DNA of 32,000 bases from Desulfocapsa sulfexigens DSM 10523 (GTDB lineage Bacteria > Desulfobacterota > Desulfobulbia > Desulfobulbales > Desulfocapsaceae). Both the position numbers and the translations under genes were made by a program. Shown here one piece after another: positions 1 to 8,686 of this stretch. Position 1 is the stretch's first letter; each line of letters starts with the position of its first letter. The stretch is from the NCBI RefSeq assembly GCF_000341395.1, contig NC_020304.1, positions 3,180,001 to 3,212,000 on the forward strand. Direction: 5' to 3'. The notes under the pieces were generated by a model. That model was not told the origin of the DNA. It worked only from the letters and a program-made list of their open reading frames with translations, and did not search any database.

Positions 1-2
1 AC

Positions 3-212
3 TCACAAAGGCGTAACTCCAAAGAAGCTGCATTGGAATTAACTTATGTCGTGCCTTTTTTGCTTGAAGATGAGTTAATAGCAAAAGGCGGAAAGTACCA
101 CAAAGTTTAAAATTGGAACTCTTTGGCAGTTATTGATGGTTTGATTGTAACAGGCTAGAACCCTGGTTCGTCAACTGCTGTTGCCGAAGCTTTGCTCAAA
201 GCGCTTAATTAG
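3..212 (+). pseudogene. Decayed C-terminal part of a DJ-1/PfpI family (type 1 glutamine amidotransferase-like) protein, 5' end outside window
   Basis: Frame 3 reads ...NSKEAALELTYVVPFLLEDELIAKGGKYHKV*NWNSLAVIDGLIVTG*NPGSSTAVAEALLKALN*. It resembles the DJ-1/PfpI C-terminus (VVPFLLEDEL..GG.Y...W...V.DG.LITGQNP.SS..VA.ALL) but carries in-frame TAA (108-110) and TAG (156-158). Confidence 0.75.
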
Positions 213-397
213 TTTCAAGGTCCCTGCCTTCAATATGATGTTATGAATTTTAATGGAACGCTCATGCTGATATAGAGGGAAAAATCAGTACCGAAAAGAG
301 TGGGACAAAAGAGATGTAATGAAATTCACATTAGTAAAGCTGACGATTTGACTGGTGGCATGCATCTTTTTGAAAAATAAATTTAACAGGAGGAATC

Positions 398-649
398 ATG
401 GATATAAATAGCTTGATAATATTTCTAGCGATTGGCGCATTAGCCGGGTGGTTTGCTGGCAAAATAATTAAAGGGAGAGGATTTGGAGCCATAGGCAATA
501 TTATTGTTGGCGTTGTTGGAGCTGTTTTGGGCGGTTATGTGTTCAGCTTTCTGGGTGTAACAGCGGGAGGGTTAATAGGCTCTATAATTACAGCCACCGT
601 TGGTGCCATCATTTTGTTGTTTGTAATCAGTATAGCTAAGAAGGTCTAA
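398..649 (+). CDS. GlsB/YeaQ/YmgE family stress-response membrane protein (transglycosylase-associated protein family)
   Basis: 83 aa, Gly-rich three-TM protein (AIGALAGWFAGKIIKGRGFGAIGNIIVGVVGAVLGGYVF); strong RBS aggagg upstream of ATG. Confidence 0.9.
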   Translation: MDINSLIIFLAIGALAGWFAGKIIKGRGFGAIGNIIVGVVGAVLGGYVFSFLGVTAGGLIGSIITATVGAIILLFVISIAKKV

Positions 650-705
650 TTTATATGGGACGCCATAAACCCATCCCTTGAGGCACATCTGATCAACACG
701 AAACA

Positions 706-737
706 ACTCCTCCTAAGCCGGTAGGCTGAGGAGGAGT
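706..737 (-). terminator. Hairpin between convergent genes, likely transcription terminator
   Basis: actcctcctaagcc-GGTA-ggctgaggaggagt: 14-bp stem with one mismatch and 4-nt loop, between a plus-strand stop (649) and a minus-strand stop (756). Minus-strand side is followed by tgtttcg, a weak U tract. Confidence 0.6.
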
Positions 738-755
738 GGCAATCAAAAAAGACTT

Positions 756-2084
756 TTATGGTGCCAAACTCTGCAATTTCACGCGACCAACACCTTTTCT
801 TTCAACTATCACAGTTGCCAGTTCCCCGGCAGGAAGTCTCAGGTATGCGGCTGTCTTATACATATTAGGGTTGTCGATGTGCGATTTTTCATTACCGATT
901 CTGACAATGACATCGTTGAGTTGAAAGCCGAGCTTATTTTTTGCTGCCCCTTCTTGATCGAGCCAACTGATCAGACAGAGAGGCTTTCCTTCCTGTTCTT
1001 CTGCCAATATATAACGGCTGCATCTGAAGCCCCACTGATATTTCTTTGTATTGTGAAAAGGGTAGCCGTTTTTGTCATAAATATATCCACCGAAGACAAA
1101 TTCATATGGAATATTGTATAATTCCCTGTCATTTTGACTAAAGTGCCACTCCATTTTGGTGTTAAATCGGAGAACCTTAGACATGGTTAAAATATCTAGC
1201 CGCCACTTCCTCTGTTCCTTTATAAAATAATAAGGACTACAGGAACGCTGTTCCAGGGGGTGGATGATGAGTGCCCGTGTCCCGTCATCGGAGTAGACCA
1301 CTTTTCCGTCATTGCATTGTGAGATAAATCGGTATTCATTATCCATATTAATATCTGTGACAGTCCGTTTCTGGAAGAATTTTCGCGTCGCCTCTGAAAA
1401 GATATCGAGATTTGGATTTTTGTTATGGGTCCTGAGACCCATCAGGTGCTTGGCAAGGATATCTTCAGGGGTGTCATCTTCTTCTACAGTAATATTATCT
1501 CCCTGTTTGGCCGTCCTATCCATCTGGCCAATGAGCGCATCGCTTCTTGACCCTCCACCCAGACTTTTAGTTTCCATTGGTTCAAGGTACTCTTTGCCCT
1601 GCTCTGCCTCCATGGCCCGGTCTTTGATGAGTTCCATCAGCATATACACCCCGTCGGAAATGTTCGAGTCACGAAAGTAAGGGACCATACCCTTACGTTC
1701 AATGTAGGAGATAAAGGCATCGGTGTAGATGGGCTCGAGAGCCATTGACACGCCCATTCGCACCTCATCGAGTTGAGAGTTGATCACAAGGAGCAGGGCT
1801 CTGCCGCTTGTTGAGCGACTCTCATACTGGAAGTCTTCGTAAGCCTCGTTGGTAAAGGAGGTGATATCCTGCTCGCTCCTGGTTGTCATCACTCGGAAAT
1901 CGATATCAAAGGTTTTGAGCAGGTAGCTGTTATATTCCCGATAGTGATCCATGACATCCGGAGAAAAATTTATTATTCCTGCATTGTCAACAATGAGAGT
2001 GTCTGTTTGGGTAGAACTCTTATCATCTCCAATACAGCCGGCAATTGTCAGCACGGCAAAGAGTATTGCTATATACATGCTCAT
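756..2084 (-). CDS. TPM-domain (YgcG/Psb32-like) lipoprotein with C-terminal PDZ-like segment
   Basis: Start at MSMYIAILFAVLTIAGC (lipobox IAGC) rather than the longer ORF start at 2180. Region GRALLLVINSQLDEVRMGVSMALEPIYTDAFISYIERKGMVPYFRDSNISDGVYMLMELI resembles the TPM fold. C-term GFQLNDVIVRIGN...LPAGELATVIVERKG is PDZ-like. Confidence 0.65.
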   Translation of the reverse strand: MSMYIAILFAVLTIAGCIGDDKSSTQTDTLIVDNAGIINFSPDVMDHYREYNSYLLKTFDIDFRVMTTRSEQDITSFTNEAYEDFQYESRSTSGRALLLVINSQLDEVRMGVSMALEPIYTDAFISYIERKGMVPYFRDSNISDGVYMLMELIKDRAMEAEQGKEYLEPMETKSLGGGSRSDALIGQMDRTAKQGDNITVEEDDTPEDILAKHLMGLRTHNKNPNLDIFSEATRKFFQKRTVTDINMDNEYRFISQCNDGKVVYSDDGTRALIIHPLEQRSCSPYYFIKEQRKWRLDILTMSKVLRFNTKMEWHFSQNDRELYNIPYEFVFGGYIYDKNGYPFHNTKKYQWGFRCSRYILAEEQEGKPLCLISWLDQEGAAKNKLGFQLNDVIVRIGNEKSHIDNPNMYKTAAYLRLPAGELATVIVERKGVGRVKLQSLAP

Positions 2085-2406
2085 TCTCTTCAATGGCTCT
2101 GCTCCTCGTTGTGGATATCTTTCTGGAAAGATGTATATTATTCTTAGAACAACAAACAGAATCTGATGATTGTCAGTCATTTTTTACAGCATCTAAGATT
2201 GCTAGTAGAGGGCTGCAAATAGTTTCACTTCACATGATTTCATGGTACACTTGCTCGTATTGTACGTTTCTGGGATTGGACACTTACTAGAGTTATCTCT
2301 TTTTTTGGGTTCTTCCTGTTGCGTTAGGGGCTTCGTTCAACAAAATGATGGATGAGGGGTCAGCCCCAATTTTATGGATCTAACAAAAAAATAAAGTTCA
2401 TTATAT

Positions 2407-2787
2407 ATGCCATTTAAAATTGTTCACAATAAACAAAGTGCTTATCTGACAGTTCAAGTAGAAGGGGTCTTTAATCAAGAAGAATTTGTAAAAATACTAG
2501 ACGCTATTGTCAAATCAAATGAGTACCCTGAAAATATTAATGCTATTTATGATCTCTCAAACATGTTTTTTGAAAAGATTTCATCTGACTTTCTTTATAC
2601 ATTATCTTTATTAGCCGAAAAATACAGTAAGCAACGATCTGGAGCTAAAACAGCATTAGTATGCCCCGCAGACCTACAATTTGGCGCGGCGCGAGAATGG
2701 GATGCATATACAGACCACATTCCAGTGGACAAAACTGTAGTTCGTACAATGGAGGAAGCTATAAAATGGGTGAAAAATGCTGATTGA
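2407..2787 (+). CDS. SpoIIAA-like / STAS-type small protein
   Basis: 126 aa, alternating beta/alpha pattern; AYLTVQVEGVFNQEEFVKILDAIV...NINAIYDLSNM...KTALVCPADLQFGAAREWDAY resembles SpoIIAA-like/STAS proteins. Confidence 0.5.
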   Translation: MPFKIVHNKQSAYLTVQVEGVFNQEEFVKILDAIVKSNEYPENINAIYDLSNMFFEKISSDFLYTLSLLAEKYSKQRSGAKTALVCPADLQFGAAREWDAYTDHIPVDKTVVRTMEEAIKWVKNAD

Positions 2788-3029
2788 ACATCACCTGGTG
2801 ATACCTTCTTTCAGTCAAAAAAATACGCTTCTTACCCCGTTGTTCTGCAACACCTGTATTCACAGCTAAAAATACAATTTATTTAAAATTAATGCTTATC
2901 CATGATAATGTCCCCTGTAATGCTTGATATTACAAAAGTATTAGTTAAGAACAATTAAGTTCGCCGAACCAGGCAGTGAATTTGACGCAGATAACGTGAA
3001 AGTCGCTCCCCAATCTGCTAAGGATTATC

Positions 3030-3827
3030 ATGTGGTTACACGCTTCCTGTTCCCTTGAATTCAACATTCCTGTTCCAACTCCGTTCCTGCTTATGCTGCG
3101 CCCCCGGAGCGGAAGGCAGCAATGGGTCGCACGCGAACAGTATGTTTTATCACCAAGCGTTTCGGTAGTTGAGTTTACCGATTCATTCGGTAACCTGTGT
3201 CAGCGACTGGTTGCGCCGGCCGGATATTTTTCCGTTCATACCTCCGTTGAGATTGAAACAGCGGATGTATCCGACATGGGCCCTGGAGCCAATTTTGTTG
3301 AAGTACAACAGTTGCCCGATGAGACGCTACCATTCCTTTACCCAAGCCGATATTGTGAATCGGATCGTTTTAACGAAATGGCTGCATCTCTCGTGGCAGG
3401 CCAGGCTGCTGGCTACGATCAATGCACTGCAATTGTAGACTATATCCGCAACACGGTAACGTACACACCCGGTGAAGGACAGCAGATCATAAGTGCCTCC
3501 GAGCTAAACGAGTTAGGACACGGAGTTTGCCGGGATATGGCACATCTAGGCATTGCTTGCTGCCGAGCGCTATCGATACCGGCTCGAATGGTCGTGGGGT
3601 ATCTTGAGTCACTCGAACCGATGGATCTTCATGCTTGGTTTGAAGCTTATGTCGGAAATCGATGGTACACATTTGATCCAACACAAGTCGGTCTGCAAGG
3701 TGGACGTGTCGCGATCGCTTTTGGACGAGATGCGGCCGATGTGGCTATATATACTCAATTCGGTGACCCCGTAAACCAGCTAAATATGCAAGTCAATGTC
3801 GAACGAATGGCCGAACCTCCTTTCTAA
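3030..3827 (+). CDS. Transglutaminase-like family protein (putative cysteine protease)
   Basis: Catalytic triad context [11 protein letters not shown] (Cys), LHAWFEAYV (His), WYTFDPTQ (Asp); N-terminal [22 protein letters not shown] typical of the bacterial family. Confidence 0.9.
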   Translation: MWLHASCSLEFNIPVPTPFLLMLRPRSGRQQWVAREQYVLSPSVSVVEFTDSFGNLCQRLVAPAGYFSVHTSVEIETADVSDMGPGANFVEVQQLPDETLPFLYPSRYCESDRFNEMAASLVAGQAAGYDQCTAIVDYIRNTVTYTPGEGQQIISASELNELGHGVCRDMAHLGIACCRALSIPARMVVGYLESLEPMDLHAWFEAYVGNRWYTFDPTQVGLQGGRVAIAFGRDAADVAIYTQFGDPVNQLNMQVNVERMAEPPF

Positions 3828-3970
3828 GACAGGACTTAGTAAAGATTTGAGTCTGCCTGCGACTGGAGTTTTAATCAAGTCAGTCATGCTCATCAGCATT
3901 CACAAATAAAAGTTCAGTACTGAAAATCCCGATTTCTATTGTTCTAATAACTAGATTTTAAACAGATAAC

Positions 3971-5044
3971 ATGTCAAACAATTTAAAGAAAATAGGGTGT
4001 AATAAATCAGTACTGGCATCAATTGACTCAGGGATCCTTGAGCAATTTGATTTAGCACGAGTAGTAGCGGTACACAAAGAAAGCTATACTATAAACAATG
4101 GCGAGATCGATGTTTTAGCTGAATTGGTTGGTAAATTGATTTTCAATGCTTCATCGCCTGCTGATTATCCAGCAGTGGGAGATTGGGTTTTGGTGAATTT
4201 TTATGATGAAAAGACATTCGCTATAATTCACGAAATTGTATCTCGTAAATCTTTACTGAAAAGAAAAACTCCTGGGAAAAAAGTTGAGTTTCAGCTGATC
4301 GCTGCCAATATAGATGTGGCATTCATTGTTCAATCTTTAAATGAGAATTTCAACCTGCGTCGTCTTGAACGCTATCTTGTCGTTGTCAATGAAAGTAATA
4401 TCCAACCAATTGTATTGCTGAGTAAAAGTGATTTACTGGCTCCTGAAGATATCACAAACAGAATCAACGATATTCAGAAAGTTATGCCGGACTTACAAGT
4501 AATTCCCTTTAGCAACGAAAATGAATCTGGTTTGGACTCTGTGAGAAAAAATATGCAACCGGGACTAACATACTGCTTATTGGGATCATCTGGTGTTGGA
4601 AAAACAACATTAATCAATAATCTCATCGGGAAATCAATTTATAGAACTGAGGCTGTGAGCAAAAAAGAAAGTAAAGGAAGGCACGTCACAACGCATAGGC
4701 AGCTCACTCAATTGGATTGTGGAGCCATGGTCGTAGACACACCAGGTATGCGTGAACTTGGTTTTTTTTCAGTTGATACTGGAATTGAAGAGACATTTTC
4801 TGAAATAATGGCTCTTGCTGAAAAATGTCGATACAACGATTGTACACATATCAAAGAAAAAGGGTGTGCAGTGTTGGATGCAGTCGATAAGGGCCTATTG
4901 TCTCAGGATCGTTATCATAATTATATGAAAATGTCCAAAGAGTCCACTTACAATGAAATGTCATATCTGGAGAAAAGAAAAAAGGATAAACAATTCGGAA
5001 AACACTGCAAGACTGTAATGAATTACCGAAAAAATCTTCGATAA
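3971..5044 (+). CDS. rsgA: Ribosome small subunit-dependent GTPase A
   Basis: Circularly permuted GTPase: LLSKSDLL (G4) precedes P-loop GSSGVGKTT, then VVDTPGMRELGF (G3) and Zn knuckle CRYNDCTHIKEKGC. Confidence 0.95.
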   Translation: MSNNLKKIGCNKSVLASIDSGILEQFDLARVVAVHKESYTINNGEIDVLAELVGKLIFNASSPADYPAVGDWVLVNFYDEKTFAIIHEIVSRKSLLKRKTPGKKVEFQLIAANIDVAFIVQSLNENFNLRRLERYLVVVNESNIQPIVLLSKSDLLAPEDITNRINDIQKVMPDLQVIPFSNENESGLDSVRKNMQPGLTYCLLGSSGVGKTTLINNLIGKSIYRTEAVSKKESKGRHVTTHRQLTQLDCGAMVVDTPGMRELGFFSVDTGIEETFSEIMALAEKCRYNDCTHIKEKGCAVLDAVDKGLLSQDRYHNYMKMSKESTYNEMSYLEKRKKDKQFGKHCKTVMNYRKNLR

Positions 5045-5045
5045 T

Positions 5046-5089
5046 AAAAAAAGGCAGAACCCGTTAAATTCCGTGATCTGCCTTTTTTT
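5046..5089. terminator. Bidirectional rho-independent terminator
   Basis: aaaaaaaggcaga ... tctgccttttttt, perfect stem with A tract on one side and T tract on the other, between convergent rsgA (ends 5044) and the minus-strand gene ending 5122. Confidence 0.85.
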
Positions 5090-5121
5090 AATTGTCGGAG
5101 ATTTTGAGAGGTTATTCTGTG

Positions 5122-6150
5122 TTATTTAAACTTCAGTTCAAGGGTTTTCGTATGGAAAAGGTGGTTGATCTGAGAGTTGTCGAATACAGCGATACCAAAG
5201 GGGTAACTTTTTGATTTGTCGGTGAACTGGACATCCTGGGTATCGGCGTTTTCACCTTCAGTTCTTAATGCACGCACCACCTCGAGGGTCCATACACCGT
5301 CTTTATATTCATTTCGAGAGAGAATGTCTGCTCGGCCGCCCATCATAGGTGCAATGCTGATTCCCGGAACAACATCTCCGGCCTTGAAGTTGTCAACAAA
5401 CGGTACTTTTTTACTCGGAATCACATAATACATTTCATCCGCAGTTGGATTAAGATTCATAAATGCCGGTCCTGATTTGTCGGCATTATCATTATCCTTG
5501 TAACCGCCTTTTCCTGTGTCACCTTTTCTTCCCCATCCTTTATTACTTTTGGGGTCAGTATTGTTATCCATGTATTGATCATCAAACATTCCCATTGGTG
5601 AAGAGCGTACAAATTTAGCATGCCACATATCTATGGTCTCCTCTGGAGATGCAGTATATTTTCGTCCTGCAGAAGTATCCCCAGGCTCATCCAGATGGCA
5701 GGAAATCATACAGCCTTCCTCTGCAAAGCCCTTGGTGCTGATATTCCAGAACATTGCAAATTTATCTTCATAATAGGTATTGTCATGACCGGTGCTATCC
5801 TTGTTAGCCATCTTTTTCCAGGAACCGTCACTCTGTTTGACCCATGGGAAGCGTTCAAGGCTCTTGGTTGGATCAGTATATGTTATAAGGAAGTATATAT
5901 TGGTGTCATCATAAAGTGATTTAATAATAACGTTTGTTTTGTCCATACCTTTGTAACCATTGCTGGGTTCATACGGTGTCTCATCAACAGTTACGGTAAT
6001 TGAATCGGCACCGTCCCAGGCTTTATCGGCTCGCCCATCAAGAGTAATAGGTGAACTTGCTCTGCTACTCACAAGGGTCTGATCAGCGGCAATAGCTGTG
6101 GTACTGAAGCCAAGAATAGCTGCTACAGTCATAATTTCCAATGTTTTCAT
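5122..6150 (-). CDS. Secreted ethylbenzene-dehydrogenase-related / cytochrome c-552-like haem-binding domain protein
   Basis: Signal peptide MKTLEIMTVAAILGFSTTAIAAD; domain motifs DGRADKAWDGADSITV, SLYDDTNIYFLITYTDPTKS, GCMISCH, WHAKFVRSSPMGMFDDQYMD, GRKGDTGKGGYKDN, DGVWTLEVVRAL. Start at 6150 chosen over 6156 because GGAGGT (6157-6162) gives correct 6-nt spacing to the second ATG. Confidence 0.8.
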   Translation of the reverse strand: MKTLEIMTVAAILGFSTTAIAADQTLVSSRASSPITLDGRADKAWDGADSITVTVDETPYEPSNGYKGMDKTNVIIKSLYDDTNIYFLITYTDPTKSLERFPWVKQSDGSWKKMANKDSTGHDNTYYEDKFAMFWNISTKGFAEEGCMISCHLDEPGDTSAGRKYTASPEETIDMWHAKFVRSSPMGMFDDQYMDNNTDPKSNKGWGRKGDTGKGGYKDNDNADKSGPAFMNLNPTADEMYYVIPSKKVPFVDNFKAGDVVPGISIAPMMGGRADILSRNEYKDGVWTLEVVRALRTEGENADTQDVQFTDKSKSYPFGIAVFDNSQINHLFHTKTLELKFK

Positions 6151-6353
6151 TTGCATACCTCCATATTCTGATTATGCACCTTACGGAAACCCTTTTAAAA
6201 ATCTGCATTACCCGCATCTTTCGTCAAAAAGTCTCTATTAAAATTCATACCGATTCAGTTGCCACCTTTTGGCGGTGGTGTTTTCAAAACCAGGCATAAG
6301 GGCTGATTGCTACATTGTAGGACTTTGTGGGAGGTGTTTCCAGATAATGGTTG

Positions 6354-6390
6354 TTCACAAATGGTGGATTTTTGTGAAGTATACTTCACA
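6354..6390. promoter_or_regulatory. Candidate operator: three TTCACA/TGTGAA half-sites including a perfect 18-bp palindrome
   Basis: TTCACAA(6354-6360)-N11-TTGTGAA(6372-6378), the latter being part of TGTGAAGTATACTTCACA (6373-6390), fully self-complementary. Lies between the response-regulator stop and the haem-domain gene start. No T tract follows on either strand, arguing against a terminator. Confidence 0.5.
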
Positions 6391-6414
6391 GAACGATGGA
6401 AGGTGTCTAATATG

Positions 6415-7068
6415 TTATAATATTTTTGTGGAAAGGAGTTGAAGATAATCAACCATCTTTGCACCAAGGGGGGTTAGTTTATAGGTTTTCCCTTGATCGT
6501 GACAGATGAGGTCATTGTTTTTCAGGCTTTTGAGGTGAAAATTAACTTTTGTATGGTCACTGATTTGAAGATATCGGGTAATATCCATGAAACGCATAGC
6601 TCCTTTAACTGAAAGAACCCTCAGAATCTGTCGTCGAATCTGATTTGAGAGGCATGAAAGGGTCTCATCCATGTCCTGATCCGATAGTTTCTTGCCAAAC
6701 TTCAAAATTTCCAGATTCCTTTTTACGGCAACCAGCAGCTCGGCACGTTTGAATGGCTTACTCAGGTAATCATCGGCCCCAATTTTCATTGCTGCAACTG
6801 CATTTTCAACCGTTGAAAATGCAGTGATCATAATGGTCTTTATGTTTGGGTAATCTTTTTTTACGAGTGGTAGAAATGCCATTCCTCCCATTCCGGGCAT
6901 CATGTTGTCTACAATTATTAAACGGGGAGCGTTTCGTTTTATTTGCTGTAATGCTGTCTCAGCATTTTCACAGCCCATTACGGAGAACCCACTCTCTTCA
7001 AGAATCTCCATTATGCTTTCTCGTAAATCCAGGTCATCGTCAATGACCATGATCGTTTCAGTGTTCAT
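6415..7068 (-). CDS. Response regulator with C-terminal ArsR-like winged-helix DNA-binding domain
   Basis: Receiver domain: DDDLDLRESI, LIIVDNMMPGMGG, ITAFSTV, DDYLSKPF. Output: SCLSNQIRRQILRVLSVKGAMRFMDITRYLQISDHTKVNFHLKSLKNNDLICHDQGKTYKLTPLG. Confidence 0.9.
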   Translation of the reverse strand: MNTETIMVIDDDLDLRESIMEILEESGFSVMGCENAETALQQIKRNAPRLIIVDNMMPGMGGMAFLPLVKKDYPNIKTIMITAFSTVENAVAAMKIGADDYLSKPFKRAELLVAVKRNLEILKFGKKLSDQDMDETLSCLSNQIRRQILRVLSVKGAMRFMDITRYLQISDHTKVNFHLKSLKNNDLICHDQGKTYKLTPLGAKMVDYLQLLSTKIL

Positions 7069-8446
7069 CGGTTATCACCGGGAAAGATACACGCACAATT
7101 ACGCCATTGTTCTGATCGCTAACAAACGAAATTTTTCCTCCATGCTGTTTTATAATATTGTACGACACAGATAGTCCAAGACCGGTCCCCTTGCCAACAT
7201 CTTTTGTTGTGAAGAATGGATCAAATATCATGGGGGCGTCTTCTTTGTTAATGCCATAGCCGGTGTCAGTGATAACTATCACAACATTTTCATTATCCTG
7301 AAACGTCGTAAGCGTAATGGAGTCAGTTTCAGTGCAGGCATCAATACTGTTCATTAATAAATTTATAAATACTTCTTCCAGTTTCCAGGGTATTCCCATT
7401 ATCTTTGGAGCATCATGTAGATCGAAAGTTATGATCGAACTGAGCTTATGGTTTTTTAATAAAACTTTGGTACTTTTTATGATTCGGTTTACATCTACAG
7501 GTTTGAGGTCTGTCTGTTTGTCTCTTGAAAAATGTAACAATTCCTTTGCGATGCGGGAGGCCCGAGTGGCATTACGTTCAATGGTGGCAATCTTTTTGTT
7601 AACCCGCTCATCATCACCAATTAAATCCTTAAGCATTTCCACATTCAAGGAAACGTTAGTCAGGGGATTGTTTATTTCATGGGCAATGCCTGCTGCTAAA
7701 ATACCCATGGACGTGAGTTTTTCAGATTGTGAAAACCTTAAGAGGTGCTCATTTATAAGTTCGCGCTGTTCGAGGCTGAAAACTGATAACCCTCTAATGG
7801 TAAACGTCATGATAAGAAATGCACTTATTCCCCTGAACACAATTATTTTCACCTCAAAAAAAGGTACAATAAAAGTTGAGGGAATAATGCCTGTTAACAC
7901 TGCATAGCAAATCATAAAACTGCCTGCATAAATGAAATTACCAGCAACCTTTTTTGAAAATGCCTTAACGGTTCTTGAATAAATAATAAGTCCGACTCCA
8001 GCCAGTAAACCGCCAGGGAAAGCTACAAGAAGGCGAGTATTTATGTCTTTTGCGGTGCCAATGTCCAGATAGGCGGCAAACATGATTAATGCCATTGCCA
8101 GGATTCCGACCAGTATTTTAATAGTACTGGGAATCGTCTCCAGGGAATTGTCACCATAAATAGTTATAATGTTTAAAAACAAACCGAAATAGAAGAGAAA
8201 CAGAAAAGAAAGAGAGACGACGGCCAGACGAAAATAAGAAAACAGCGAAGTCTGAATATGTGGATGTAAGTGCTCGAACAGTTCAAGCCACTCGTGAAAG
8301 CCATGAGTAAGACCAAAAGCTGCCAGTAACCAGATTATTTTTGCTATACCAAGTTCACTGAGGCGAATATCCCTGGAAAGAATGGATACTCCAAGAGTAA
8401 AAAACGCCAAGCCGTATAGAAGGTAAAGTACAAAGTTCAGGCCCAC
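7058..8446 (-). CDS. Membrane-bound sensor histidine kinase with multi-TM N-terminus
   Basis: About 7 hydrophobic spans followed by HisKA H-box MGILAAGIAHEINNPL and HATPase motifs ([50 protein letters not shown]). Overlaps the response-regulator start by 11 nt. Confidence 0.92.
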   Translation of the reverse strand: MGLNFVLYLLYGLAFFTLGVSILSRDIRLSELGIAKIIWLLAAFGLTHGFHEWLELFEHLHPHIQTSLFSYFRLAVVSLSFLFLFYFGLFLNIITIYGDNSLETIPSTIKILVGILAMALIMFAAYLDIGTAKDINTRLLVAFPGGLLAGVGLIIYSRTVKAFSKKVAGNFIYAGSFMICYAVLTGIIPSTFIVPFFEVKIIVFRGISAFLIMTFTIRGLSVFSLEQRELINEHLLRFSQSEKLTSMGILAAGIAHEINNPLTNVSLNVEMLKDLIGDDERVNKKIATIERNATRASRIAKELLHFSRDKQTDLKPVDVNRIIKSTKVLLKNHKLSSIITFDLHDAPKIMGIPWKLEEVFINLLMNSIDACTETDSITLTTFQDNENVVIVITDTGYGINKEDAPMIFDPFFTTKDVGKGTGLGLSVSYNIIKQHGGKISFVSDQNNGVIVRVSFPVITDEH

Positions 8447-8686
8447 TCAGACACCGTCTGTTTTTGAGATCCCACGATATAGCACCCACATGATATAAAT
8501 TTACCACAAACAGGCAAGGAAAATATAAAGAATTCACTGGAAAACAAAAACACAAAACAGTGCACTCTGAATAATTGCCTTCACAGTTGCTATGGATTGT
8601 TCAATAGTAAATCAGGGATAACTCACATTCTTTGGTGTAAAAAACTGTTATTGTTAGAGGAAAACGGGGAGGTAGCGGGGTAATAC

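Noticed and set aside
3-212. Interpretation as pyrrolysine/selenocysteine recoding
   Set aside because: Stops are TAA and TAG, and TAG replaces a Gln; simple point-mutation decay is more parsimonious.
2356-2367. GGGGTCAGCCCC short inverted repeat before the STAS-like gene
   Set aside because: Only a 4-bp GC stem with tiny loop; too short to claim as terminator or mobile-element end.
5216-5919. Plus-strand ORFs opposite the haem-domain protein gene (5216..5428, 5620..5919)
   Set aside because: Fully antisense to a well-supported gene, with no family-like sequence or RBS; shadow ORFs.
7317-7907. 196-aa plus-strand ORF opposite the membrane histidine kinase
   Set aside because: Overlaps conserved HisKA and HATPase motifs on the other strand; no independent support.
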